Source of the DNA: a virus
Lineage: Duplodnaviria > Caudoviricetes
Strand: one strand, 5' to 3'
DNA: 54,063 nucleotides
IMG/VR virus record: IMGVR_UViG_3300042923_000886
Span: 1 to 54,063 of that record
Shown: positions 7,820 through 16,925 of the stretch, piece after piece
Layout of the letters: every line of letters starts with the position of its first letter
Numbering within the stretch: the first letter of the stretch is position 1
The notes under the pieces: generated by a model
Database searches by the model: none
Seen by the model: the letters and a program-made list of their open reading frames with translations, nothing else
Told to the model about the DNA's origin: nothing
Position numbers and translations under genes: made by a program

Positions 7820-10317
7820 CGTATGAAGAGTTTCTATATACCAAAATTGAGATAGCAACGGACAGCGGAATAGAAATTGACCGATCAGAAATAAATGAAT
7901 GTTTGAAACCACATCAGAAGGATGCGGTATGGTGGGCATTGAAAGGCGGTCGAAGAGCTCTATTCGAACGGTTCGGACTTGGTAAGACAATACAAGAATT
8001 GGAATTCTGTAGGCTGGCCATAAAGCACGAAGGCGGAAAAGCATTAATCGTCTTACCATTGGGAGTAAAGCAAGAATTTACACATGATGCAGTTGAACTA
8101 CTCCATATGGATCATCCGGAGTACGTCCGCAATATGAAAGAAGTTCAATCGGCAGCAGGAGACATCCTGATAACCAACTATGAGCGTGTTAGGGATGGAG
8201 ATATTGAACCTTCCTTTTTCACCGCAACCTCACTGGATGAAGCCTCCGTATTACGGAGCTTTGGTTCAAAGACATATCAGACCTTTCTCGATAAGTTCAA
8301 GAACGTGAAATATAAATTGGTTGCAACCGCTACTCCATCACCAAACAGATATAAGGAACTGATCCATTATGCCGGTTATCTGGAGGTAATGGATACAGGG
8401 CAAGCATTGACAAGGTTCTTCCAGAGAGACAGCACCAAAGCAAACAATCTCACTCTATATCCGAGTATGGAAGATGAATTCTGGTTATGGGTGAGTAGCT
8501 GGGCATTATTCGTGACAAAGCCTTCGGATCTCAATCCGGATTATTCCGATGATGGTTATGATCTACCGCCTATGGAAGTAAGGTGGCATGAGCTCCCGAT
8601 CAGTTACGGAGATAAGGCAGATAAGAATGGTCAGGTAATGTTATTTCAAGAGGCAGCAGTATCTCTTCAGGATGAGGCACAGATCAAGAGGGAGAGTATT
8701 GATGCTAGAGTATCGAAAATGGCTGAAATACTCAATGAGAGCCCGAATGACAGCTGCATATTATGGCACGATCTTGAAGCAGAACGTCTGGCTATAAAGA
8801 AAGCTATTCCGGCAGCAGTCGATATCTTTGGAAGTCAGGACTATGATCTACGAGAACAGAGGGTAATAGATTTCTCGGAAGGAAGAATTCAGTATTTCGC
8901 AACCAAGAAGGAGTTATCCGGATCCGGATGTAACTTCCAAAGGCATTGCCACAGAGCCATCTTCCTAGGTATCGATTATGAGTTTAATGATTTCATCCAA
9001 GCAGTTCACCGGATATACCGCTTCCTCCAAACTAAAGAGGTTATCATTGACATCATCTATATGGAGAATGAGAGACAGATTAAGGAAGCCTTATTGAAAA
9101 AGTGGACAAATCATGACTATATGGTGGATAAAATGATCGCAATCGTGAAGAAGTATGGATTATCTACCACAAATAAGACCGAAAGGCTTAAGAGAAAGAT
9201 GGGAGTTGAGACAGTGAGGGTAGAAGGCAAGCATTTTACCGTGGTAAATGATGATTGTGTAGAAGAGACGAAGAGAATGGAGAGTAACAGCATCGGACTG
9301 ATCCATACTTCAATCCCATTCGGTAATCATTATGAGTATTCAGCAAATTATAACGACTTCGGACATAACAAAGATACGGATATGTTTTTTGACCAGATGG
9401 ACTTCTTAACTCCGGAGCTCTACCGGATCCTTAAGCCGGGAAGGGTTATGGCCATCCATGTTAAGGACCGTGTATTATTCGGGAATGCTACCGGTACCGG
9501 AATGCCGACAATCGAACCTTTCCATGCAATATGTATCAATCACTATATGAAACATGGCTTTCAGTATTTTGGAATGATAACGGTCATTACGGACGTGGTG
9601 AGAGAAAACAACCAGACATATCGCCTTGGATGGACGGAACAATGCAAAGACGGTTCTAAGATGGGTGTAGGATGTCCTGAGTATATCTTACTTTTCCGTA
9701 AGCTTCCATCGGATACCAGTACTGCATATGCAGATGATCCGGTAACCAAGACCAAGGATGAATATACCAGAGCTCAATGGCAGATAGATGCACACGCATT
9801 CTGGAGAAGCTCCGGTAACCGTCTAGTAAGCAAAGAAGAGCTAACAGGAGTATCCGTTGACAATTTGCAGAATGTATATCGTCATTTCTCACGAGATAAT
9901 GTGTACAGTTATGAGGATCATGTACAGCTTGCAAAGGAACTAGATACCATGGACAAGCTACCGGCAACCTTCATGGTAGTTGCTCCCGGGAGTTGGTCAG
10001 ATGAAGTATGGGATGATATCAACCGTATGAAAACACTTAATACGGACCAAAGCCGGAGAAGACTTCAGATGCACGTTTGTCCTTTGCAGATTGATATCGT
10101 GGAGCGTATTATCAACCGGTATTCGAATGAAGGCGATATTGTCCTTGATATGTTTGGTGGATTAATGACGGTGCCTAAGGTGGCAATCGAGAACGGTAGA
10201 AAAGGATATGGTATAGAGCTCAACGCTGATTACTTCCGGGATGGTGTAGGCTACTGCAAGGCAGCAGAGGAGCATATCGATACACCAACGCTATTTGATT
10301 ATATGCAGATAGGCTAG
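7816..10317 (+). CDS. SNF2-like helicase fused to N4/N6 DNA methyltransferase
   Basis: PHQ, GLGKT, LDEAS, TAT, HRIYRF; C-terminal TSIPF, HVCPLQ, VLDMFGG, YGIELN. Confidence 0.88.
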   Translation: MTYEEFLYTKIEIATDSGIEIDRSEINECLKPHQKDAVWWALKGGRRALFERFGLGKTIQELEFCRLAIKHEGGKALIVLPLGVKQEFTHDAVELLHMDHPEYVRNMKEVQSAAGDILITNYERVRDGDIEPSFFTATSLDEASVLRSFGSKTYQTFLDKFKNVKYKLVATATPSPNRYKELIHYAGYLEVMDTGQALTRFFQRDSTKANNLTLYPSMEDEFWLWVSSWALFVTKPSDLNPDYSDDGYDLPPMEVRWHELPISYGDKADKNGQVMLFQEAAVSLQDEAQIKRESIDARVSKMAEILNESPNDSCILWHDLEAERLAIKKAIPAAVDIFGSQDYDLREQRVIDFSEGRIQYFATKKELSGSGCNFQRHCHRAIFLGIDYEFNDFIQAVHRIYRFLQTKEVIIDIIYMENERQIKEALLKKWTNHDYMVDKMIAIVKKYGLSTTNKTERLKRKMGVETVRVEGKHFTVVNDDCVEETKRMESNSIGLIHTSIPFGNHYEYSANYNDFGHNKDTDMFFDQMDFLTPELYRILKPGRVMAIHVKDRVLFGNATGTGMPTIEPFHAICINHYMKHGFQYFGMITVITDVVRENNQTYRLGWTEQCKDGSKMGVGCPEYILLFRKLPSDTSTAYADDPVTKTKDEYTRAQWQIDAHAFWRSSGNRLVSKEELTGVSVDNLQNVYRHFSRDNVYSYEDHVQLAKELDTMDKLPATFMVVAPGSWSDEVWDDINRMKTLNTDQSRRRLQMHVCPLQIDIVERIINRYSNEGDIVLDMFGGLMTVPKVAIENGRKGYGIELNADYFRDGVGYCKAAEEHIDTPTLFDYMQIG

Positions 10318-10326
10318 GAGGTCAAT

Positions 10327-10974
10327 ATGAAAGAGGTAGATTTTTGGAAAGATATTCAGGGTTTTAAGGGTAAGTATCAGGTAAGTTATTCCGGCCAGAT
10401 CAGAAGAGTATATAAAAGCGGTAAAACCAAGATACTTGCTCAATTCAAGAAATTCGGTAAGGCAAGAGCTATTTATCGAGATAGGTTATTAGTACACTTG
10501 GTTGATGATGCAGGAAAAGATCATACAATATTGGTTCATCAGATTGTTGCTAAACACTTCCTTGGGAAACCAAAGCAGGGACAGGTGCCGCATCATGTTA
10601 ATGGATGTGTAATGGATAATTGGGCAAGCAACCTGGAGTATATCGATAAGCGTAAACTTGGTGAACTCACCGGAGCATCTAGCCGAAGGCAACCTGTAGT
10701 AAAGTTAGACTCTTCCGGTGAAATAGTTGATTGTTATTCTAGTGCAAGAGAAGCTGGTCGTCAGAACTTCATGAGCTACCAGACAATAACGGATCGGTGC
10801 AATGGTAAATGTAAAAAGGCTTTTGCTCCAGATGGTTTTGAATATGCATGGGAGGAAAAACAGAGAAGCATTGACCAGGCTATCAGAAGAATTGAGATGG
10901 ACAGACATGAAGAAGATAACAATGTTATTGCTAACATTAAGCAAGTCAAGATGAAATATGCAATGGAATTTTAA
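10327..10974 (+). CDS. NUMOD4/HNH homing endonuclease
   Basis: WKDIQGFKGKYQVSYSGQIR, VHQIVAKHF, HHVNG..DNWASNLEY, YSSAREAGR. Confidence 0.85.
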   Translation: MKEVDFWKDIQGFKGKYQVSYSGQIRRVYKSGKTKILAQFKKFGKARAIYRDRLLVHLVDDAGKDHTILVHQIVAKHFLGKPKQGQVPHHVNGCVMDNWASNLEYIDKRKLGELTGASSRRQPVVKLDSSGEIVDCYSSAREAGRQNFMSYQTITDRCNGKCKKAFAPDGFEYAWEEKQRSIDQAIRRIEMDRHEEDNNVIANIKQVKMKYAMEF

Positions 10975-10988
10975 AATTGGAGGTAATT

Positions 10989-11090
10989 ATGAAATTCATA
11001 AAAGTAGCAGGAGTTCAGACCGTAACAATGAGCAGTAAGAAGGGGAACATGAATGCTTTCATGTACGGTAAAAGAAAGAAGGGTAAATGA
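10989..11090 (+). CDS. 33-aa basic peptide
   Basis: RBS GGAGGT; MKFIKVAG...KRKKGK; stop overlaps next start. Confidence 0.45.
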   Translation: MKFIKVAGVQTVTMSSKKGNMNAFMYGKRKKGK

Positions 11091-12235
11091 TGCAGCAGAT
11101 ACTTGACTTTATTGAGACAGAAGAGCCATTAGAGAATTTTGATCTTAATGAGTGGAAGCAGAAAAAGAAAGAGAAAAAAGCTTTATTTACAGCTCAGCAG
11201 AATTTGCCTTATGAGGTTAAAGTCAAGAGAGCAGAGCTCAGGGCTATCGAGTTTAAAGAAGAGATGGATAAGAGAGGTCATGACTGCCATGTAAGTGTAG
11301 GAGGACTTGACAGTATAACACTTACATACTTCCTCCGAAAGATTGGAATTAATGCTGAGGCAATATCAGTGTCAGCATTGGAAGATAAGAGTATACAGAA
11401 AGTCCATGATATTCTTGGAGTTACAATAATCAAGCCTTATAAGTCAAAGGTCGAGGTTCTGAATGATGTTGGATTTCCAGTGATATCAAAGAAAATAGCT
11501 GGGAGAATAGATCTACTGCAGAATCCCACTGAGGATAATAAAACAGTAAGACATGCTATCATCACCGGAGAATGCGGAGAGCAGGGACATTTTGCAAAGA
11601 ATAGCCGGATGCAGCTCCCAAAGAAGTGGCTCAACTTATTCGCAGGTATGGCAAATGCTCAATATGAAACAAATTATAAAGAGGCTCCTTTCAAAGTATC
11701 GAATAAGTGCTGTTATTATCTCAAAGAGAAGCCTTGTGATGATTGGGCAAAGGAACATAATAGCTTTCCATACCTGGGGCTTATGGCATCGGAAGGCGGA
11801 CAACGAGAGGAAGCGATTGTAGATCATGGCTGTAACTACTATGGCAAGACAGTAATGAGATCTGCTCCATTCGGTCCCTTCCTGAGGCAAGATATATTAC
11901 AGCTTGTGAAAGATCTAAATGTGCCGGTACCAACTATATATGGTGAGATAGCTACAATGCCGGACGGAACATTATATACGACCAGAGCCCAGAGAACCGG
12001 ATGTAGCATGTGTGGGTTCGGTATTCACATGGAGCCAAGACCTCACAGGTTTGACAGGCTCAGAGAAGATAACTATAAAGAGTGGATTTACTGGATGTAT
12101 AGTTGCTGTGTTGATAAAGAGACCGGAGAAGTTTATGGTTGGGGAAAGGTTTTGGATTATATTGGAGTACAGTGGGAAGATGATTGGAACCGGAGACCGA
12201 AGCAGATCACATTGGATGAATGGCAGCAGTCATAG
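11087..12235 (+). CDS. PAPS-reductase-like (adenine-nucleotide alpha-hydrolase, Fe-S) protein
   Basis: SVGGLDS PP-loop, KCCYYLKEKP, RTGCSMCGFG. Confidence 0.85.
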   Translation: MMQQILDFIETEEPLENFDLNEWKQKKKEKKALFTAQQNLPYEVKVKRAELRAIEFKEEMDKRGHDCHVSVGGLDSITLTYFLRKIGINAEAISVSALEDKSIQKVHDILGVTIIKPYKSKVEVLNDVGFPVISKKIAGRIDLLQNPTEDNKTVRHAIITGECGEQGHFAKNSRMQLPKKWLNLFAGMANAQYETNYKEAPFKVSNKCCYYLKEKPCDDWAKEHNSFPYLGLMASEGGQREEAIVDHGCNYYGKTVMRSAPFGPFLRQDILQLVKDLNVPVPTIYGEIATMPDGTLYTTRAQRTGCSMCGFGIHMEPRPHRFDRLREDNYKEWIYWMYSCCVDKETGEVYGWGKVLDYIGVQWEDDWNRRPKQITLDEWQQS

Positions 12236-12248
12236 ATGGAGGTTGTAA

Positions 12249-12575
12249 ATGGGTGGACACAAACACCATATCGTATTTAGAAGCCAAGGAGGCTTAGACT
12301 TTCCTCTAAATTTGGTTGAATTATCATATGAACAGCATGAAGGTAAGAGCGGACCTCACATGAATAAGTTGGTAGACTTGATGCTTAAGAAAGATCTTCA
12401 GGATGAGTTGTACCGAATATTCGATAAAGAAGGCTTCACGATTGAGGAAATATCAGAAAAACTAAAGAAATCAGTCAAGTATTTTGAGAAGCATTTTAGA
12501 TGTGTTCCTCAGGCAGCAGGATTATATCTTAAAGAGGATATTATCCGTAAGCTTATGGGAGGAAAGATATATTAG
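12249..12575 (+). CDS. HNH-like small protein
   Basis: HKHHIVFRSQGG...NLVELSYEQH; paralogue at 48278-48604. Confidence 0.65.
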   Translation: MGGHKHHIVFRSQGGLDFPLNLVELSYEQHEGKSGPHMNKLVDLMLKKDLQDELYRIFDKEGFTIEEISEKLKKSVKYFEKHFRCVPQAAGLYLKEDIIRKLMGGKIY

Positions 12576-12671
12576 GTTGTTTGGTTATTTAGTATACATA
12601 TCACAATGCTTCTGAATGGCCATGTCATAGCTTATCCCGGAGGCAGAGACCTCCGGGGGAAAGGAAACATA

Positions 12672-13196
12672 ATGAATAGAATTACATCGGTTACAGAAGA
12701 TGCTAAAGAAATGGATATGCTCCAGCTGGCATATAATAAAGTTTTTATGAAGGATGGATGGGCATGGTACAGGGATTATGATAGAGAAATTCCGGTGATC
12801 GACCTAATAAAGGAGATAATACATCATCACAATTTTGATGCTGAGTTAATTTGTGCTGATTCGGATGAATTCGGAGATATCATGATGGATAACCTGCAGT
12901 ATGGTACGGATGGTATTGACGGAGTGATAGCAATATTGTATCAGACATTGTGGGCAATGACTGATATGAGAGAGCGATTAAAAACATATGAGGATACTAG
13001 CTTAGAACCAGAGGAAGTAGAAGATCTTAAGAATTCAGAGGACTACTGGCACCGAGAAGCAATCAAATGGGCAGCGCGGTTAGGAGAGAATAAAATCAAA
13101 TTCCGTAATCTACTCAATCAATTCGGAATTCCAGAGGATGATTTCAAGGATGATGAGTTAGAGAAGTTTTTATATTCCAACCGGCAGCAGGATTAA
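12672..13196 (+). CDS. Hypothetical phage protein
   Basis: RBS AAAGGA; RERLKTYEDT.LEPEEV motif. Confidence 0.75.
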   Translation: MNRITSVTEDAKEMDMLQLAYNKVFMKDGWAWYRDYDREIPVIDLIKEIIHHHNFDAELICADSDEFGDIMMDNLQYGTDGIDGVIAILYQTLWAMTDMRERLKTYEDTSLEPEEVEDLKNSEDYWHREAIKWAARLGENKIKFRNLLNQFGIPEDDFKDDELEKFLYSNRQQD

Positions 13197-13205
13197 TATA
13201 GGAGG

Positions 13206-13775
13206 ATGCAATTGAAAACCCAAGAGACAATTGATATTGAGAAAAAATTATATTCCAATACAGTAAGAATGGGTGTGTATGGAGCATTCGAGGTTACATT
13301 CGGGAGAGAAAGGGTTGATTACATAACAGTGGACCGTAAAGGGATTTGGAGAGCTTACGAGGTCAAAGTTACGAAAGCTGATTTTCATTCTAAGGCTGCT
13401 AAGAGCTTTATCGGTAATTATAACTATTATGTTATGCCGGAATGGCTGTATGAGGAAGTGAGAGCGGAAATACCTACTCATATAGGAGTAATGGATGGAG
13501 TTAGTGTATTAAAGAAACCTAAGAAAGTACCATTATCATTACCTGTTGAAACGTTGTTTATCAATATTGTATGTGCTCTTAATCGGGAAGCTGATAAATA
13601 TTATAACAATCAGGATGAGGATATTATTGCAAAATATAGAAGAGCATTAGATAGACTCGAAAAAGAAAAGGATAAGAACTATAAAAATATGTGTGAGTGG
13701 ATGGACAAATATTACAGACTTAAGGAAAAAGTTGAGAGCAAAGAGTCTAACCTATTTTCCACAGACACCTGGTAA
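13206..13775 (+). CDS. PD-(D/E)xK nuclease-like protein (MmcB-like)
   Basis: FEVT, RVDYI, YEVKVTKADFHS, NYNYYVMP. Confidence 0.7.
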   Translation: MQLKTQETIDIEKKLYSNTVRMGVYGAFEVTFGRERVDYITVDRKGIWRAYEVKVTKADFHSKAAKSFIGNYNYYVMPEWLYEEVRAEIPTHIGVMDGVSVLKKPKKVPLSLPVETLFINIVCALNREADKYYNNQDEDIIAKYRRALDRLEKEKDKNYKNMCEWMDKYYRLKEKVESKESNLFSTDTW

Positions 13776-14031
13776 CATCAAAAATAAGCCTAACTGCCTT
13801 GATCATACCTAAGTCTACATAATCACAATCAAATATAAACTCACCTTTGTTTTCCTTGAAGACTTTAATCTCTTTGATATTAAACCGGTAGCGCATACCA
13901 TCTATTTCAACACCAAAAGAAACAGGTCTAAATTCACCGACAGTGTTATAAACAGCTGTAACGCAGATAGATAGTCCGGATCTCAAAGTATTACGGTTTG
14001 TATAGGGACGAAAGCCAAAGGCAGTAGGCAT
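13747..14031 (-). CDS. SOS-regulated small protein, resembles clostridial Y-polymerase accessory proteins
   Basis: RBS GAGGTG; VYNTVGEFRPVSF...FDC...LIFDVTRCLW; LexA-like box upstream. Confidence 0.6.
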   Translation of the reverse strand: MPTAFGFRPYTNRNTLRSGLSICVTAVYNTVGEFRPVSFGVEIDGMRYRFNIKEIKVFKENKGEFIFDCDYVDLGMIKAVRLIFDVTRCLWKIG

Positions 14032-14073
14032 AGTTATCACCTCATTAATATTTATTGACAGTTTATAATTATA

Positions 14074-14085
14074 GAACATTTGTTT
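14074..14085. promoter_or_regulatory. LexA (Cheo) box GAAC-ATTT-GTTT
   Basis: Between - strand TTGCAA and the TATAAT-like -10 of the 13747-14031 gene. Confidence 0.6.
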
Positions 14086-14114
14086 GTATTTTGCAAGAAG
14101 GGAGATATAGGAAC

Positions 14115-14549
14115 ATGGCAATATTGAATTATACAACGACCATAGATGCATTTAAGACGGTATCTGAGATCGAATACATATTGATGAAGCATAAGGCTAA
14201 ATCAATCATGAAGGAATTCAATGGAGAAAGTATCACAGGATTATCCTTTTTGATTGATACCGGATTTAATCAAGTACCAATAAAGATGCCGGTCAAGGTT
14301 AATGAATGTTTAGCTGTTCTGAAGAGAGAAAAGCGAAGTGGTACAAGAACGATAAAGGATACCAAAGATCAGGCTGAGAGAGTAGCATGGAGAATTCTGA
14401 AGGATTGGATAGAGGCTCAGATGGCACTATTGGATATTGAGATGGTTCGTATGGAAGAGATATTCATGCCTTACATAGTTGATGCAGCCGGCCGGACACT
14501 GTATGAGAAGCTGGAAGAGAAGCAATTTCTTCTGACAACTCAGGAATAG
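14115..14549 (+). CDS. Conserved hypothetical phage protein
   Basis: MAILNYTT...QAERVAWRILKDW..AQMA. Confidence 0.75.
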   Translation: MAILNYTTTIDAFKTVSEIEYILMKHKAKSIMKEFNGESITGLSFLIDTGFNQVPIKMPVKVNECLAVLKREKRSGTRTIKDTKDQAERVAWRILKDWIEAQMALLDIEMVRMEEIFMPYIVDAAGRTLYEKLEEKQFLLTTQE

Positions 14550-14560
14550 GAGGAAGTAAT

Positions 14561-14830
14561 TTGACACTAAATGAAATTAAGGATGGAGTAATGGCACGTT
14601 TTGTAGCCGGGGAAGAGGTAACCATCCGAATAATCAACGATAAAGGAAAGACAACCGGTACATATAAGGCAACAATAGATAGGTTTTGCCCTTCCCATAT
14701 AAGCGTATTTCATAACAATTATTATGAGAGCTTCTCCTATTGGGAATTCATGAAGTATGCAGTAAAGTACAATCAGAAGAAGAGATCAGGAGAAAAGCCG
14801 GCTAGGGTAAGAAGATCAAAGTACGCGTAG
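14561..14830 (+). CDS. Hypothetical protein
   Basis: RBS AGGAGG, TTG start. Confidence 0.65.
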   Translation: MTLNEIKDGVMARFVAGEEVTIRIINDKGKTTGTYKATIDRFCPSHISVFHNNYYESFSYWEFMKYAVKYNQKKRSGEKPARVRRSKYA

Positions 14831-14879
14831 TTGATAAGGTAAATTAAGATTTAGCTCATTGAGCGGAAAGAAGGTAACT

Positions 14880-15233
14880 ATGAAAAAAGCAATAGAAATT
14901 CAACAGGAAAATGCAAAAACTCTCTTTGAACTTATTAAGGAGAACCCAGATTTACCAATTGTTCCTATGGTAGCAACGGAAATCGCTGCTAGTGATGATT
15001 ACTCATACTGGATGGGTAGTTGGGGTAAGGCAGAAATAGATAGTTACACTTGTCATGATGATCATATGGTTTATTTATCAGACGGAGTTAATGATATCTT
15101 TGATGATGTCCTAGAGGATACACTGGAAATACCGGACGGATTGACAGAAGAGGAACAAGATAAATTTATCGAAGATGCGGTTATGGGGCTCGATTGGACA
15201 AAGGCAATTATTGTTAGAATTGAACTTCCATAA
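14880..15233 (+). CDS. Hypothetical acidic phage protein
   Basis: LIKENPDLPIVPMV...WTKAIIVRI. Confidence 0.7.
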   Translation: MKKAIEIQQENAKTLFELIKENPDLPIVPMVATEIAASDDYSYWMGSWGKAEIDSYTCHDDHMVYLSDGVNDIFDDVLEDTLEIPDGLTEEEQDKFIEDAVMGLDWTKAIIVRIELP

Positions 15234-15261
15234 TAAGCTCATTGGAGCAGAAAGGATTTAT

Positions 15262-15627
15262 ATGGTTGAGGGTAAGCTAAGAGTTATTCAAGGTGGAAGC
15301 GTAACATTCTGGTATCCCGGGTGTAAAGAATACCATTCAATACATGTTGAAGGATCAGAACATCCAGTATGGAGTTTCAATGGTGATTATGAGAGTCCAA
15401 CGTTTACTCCATCAGTATTAGTCTGAAGCGGTCATTATGTACCAGGAGCAAAGAGTGATGATTGCTGGTGTAACTTCAAGGAACGTTTTCCAGAGGAAGA
15501 GGAACCACCTTTTAAGTGCGGCATATGTCATAGCTTTGTTACCAATGGAAAGATACAGTATCTCGGAGATTGCACCCATGAATTAGCAGGTCAGACAATC
15601 GACATGGTACTGCCAAGTGAGTGCTAA
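15262..15627 (+). pseudogene. DUF6527-like Cys/His protein with in-frame TGA at 15424
   Basis: WSFNGD..SPTFTPSVLV-stop-SGHY...CHSFVTNGKIQYLGDCTHELAGQTIDM continues in frame. Confidence 0.75.
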
Positions 15628-15664
15628 ACTGAAAAATTTATAATTGTACATTGAAAACTGAATA

Positions 15665-15693
15665 TTGATAGTTGATAGTAATAACTATATAAT
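15665..15693 (+). promoter_or_regulatory. SigA promoter of moron
   Basis: TTGATA-17-TATAAT. Confidence 0.65.
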
Positions 15694-15729
15694 GGACGTA
15701 GGAATAACATTAGAATAGGGGATAGATAT

Positions 15730-16536
15730 ATGAATGCTGTTATAGGTGCAATTATTGAAAATATGAAAAACATAGAAATAATCTTTGAACCAACTATTGA
15801 AGCTTTCGTAAAAGACACAAAACACACTGGTGATAGCAAAGAAGTGACTGTTGCAAATTTTATTGGAAGCTTCTTCCCAAGTTCATATGCTATAAAAAAA
15901 GGTCCTATCTATAATTTGGAATCTAATTCTCAAGAAATTGATTGTGTAATTTTGGCTCCAAATCATCCACTGCTTTTAACTCCTAAAAGGGAAGTGATTT
16001 TAGCTGAAGGGGTATATGCTGCAGTCGAGGTCAAGCCAGATATTACAACTTTAACTAATAAATCAGAATTCCATCGCGCATTATTACAAATACAATCAGT
16101 GAAAAAACTAAAAAGAACTTTACGTCTTTTGGATACTGGAAGTGTTCCTGATGAATTACAAAGAATACCATCAGTAATATTTTCAAAAAAATCAAGAACA
16201 GCGATTGAAACTATTGAGTATATGAAAAGAAGTATAAAAAGTGAAGCTATTGCACCATTTGAATTACCAGATTTAATTTTTACAATGGATCATGGTTTGA
16301 TTTATCATACTACTCATATAGAGAAAACTATTTTTACCGAATGGGTAAAACAATATTCTTCTTCTTATAATGGAGAAAGGTTTATACATATAGATACAAT
16401 GGGTGAAAATAGCTTGACGATGTTTTTAATAATTCTATTAAGTTTTAGGCCACCTGAACCTACGATATCTAATCATATTATTTTAGAATATTTAAAGGAT
16501 TCTATTAGTGTCCCATTTCATGTGATGATGCCTTAA
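15730..16536 (+). CDS. NucC-like/DUF6602-type PD-(D/E)xK nuclease moron
   Basis: GDSKE..V..F...FP..Y.I.KG, SQEIDCVI, AEGVYAAVEVK; AT-rich, own promoter and terminator. Confidence 0.7.
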   Translation: MNAVIGAIIENMKNIEIIFEPTIEAFVKDTKHTGDSKEVTVANFIGSFFPSSYAIKKGPIYNLESNSQEIDCVILAPNHPLLLTPKREVILAEGVYAAVEVKPDITTLTNKSEFHRALLQIQSVKKLKRTLRLLDTGSVPDELQRIPSVIFSKKSRTAIETIEYMKRSIKSEAIAPFELPDLIFTMDHGLIYHTTHIEKTIFTEWVKQYSSSYNGERFIHIDTMGENSLTMFLIILLSFRPPEPTISNHIILEYLKDSISVPFHVMMP

Positions 16537-16545
16537 ATGTTTATG

Positions 16546-16581
16546 AACTACCAACTATCAGTATTCGGTTGGTAGTTTTTT
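16546..16581 (+). terminator. Intrinsic terminator of moron
   Basis: AACTACCAACT...GGTTGGTAGTT plus T-run. Confidence 0.8.
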
Positions 16582-16629
16582 ATTGCGACAAACTGAAATT
16601 TAGCTGCATGGCAGCAGAAAGGAATAACA

Positions 16630-16845
16630 ATGGCACAGAGAGATATTATCAGACCAAAGGTTACATATCACAATGCTACAGACATGGCCTATTATCCAAA
16701 CGACCTAAAGACTGAATTGCAGTGGAAAAAGCTCGGATATAAACTAAAAGATAATGCTGAAGAATTCAAATTATGGTCAAACCCTCATCATCATAATTTA
16801 TGTAGATATTATTTACGCGAGGATGTTGAGGAGATTCATAAGTGA
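16630..16845 (+). CDS. Hypothetical protein
   Basis: RBS AAAGGA; LKTELQWKKLGY. Confidence 0.65.
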   Translation: MAQRDIIRPKVTYHNATDMAYYPNDLKTELQWKKLGYKLKDNAEEFKLWSNPHHHNLCRYYLREDVEEIHK

Positions 16846-16925
16846 AGCTAGGACCCTAGATGTATGAGCGAAGCGAGTTGATCTTGCAAGCATTTGGGGA
16901 TTAATCAAGAAGGGAGATAAAGCCT

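Larger units (their letters stand above)
12587..16741 (+). repeat. Direct repeat copy 1 (at least 4.15 kb, near-identical to 49909-54063)
   Basis: Same ORFs offset by 37,322 bp; only four substitutions noticed, all near the left end. Confidence 0.95.

Noticed and set aside
12606-12671. N-terminal extension of the ORF starting at 12606
   Set aside because: RBS-supported start is 12672, and the second copy has a stop in this extension
16846-16920. Small ribozyme in an intergenic gap
   Set aside because: Weak hairpins only; no pistol, hatchet, twister or HDV consensus recognised
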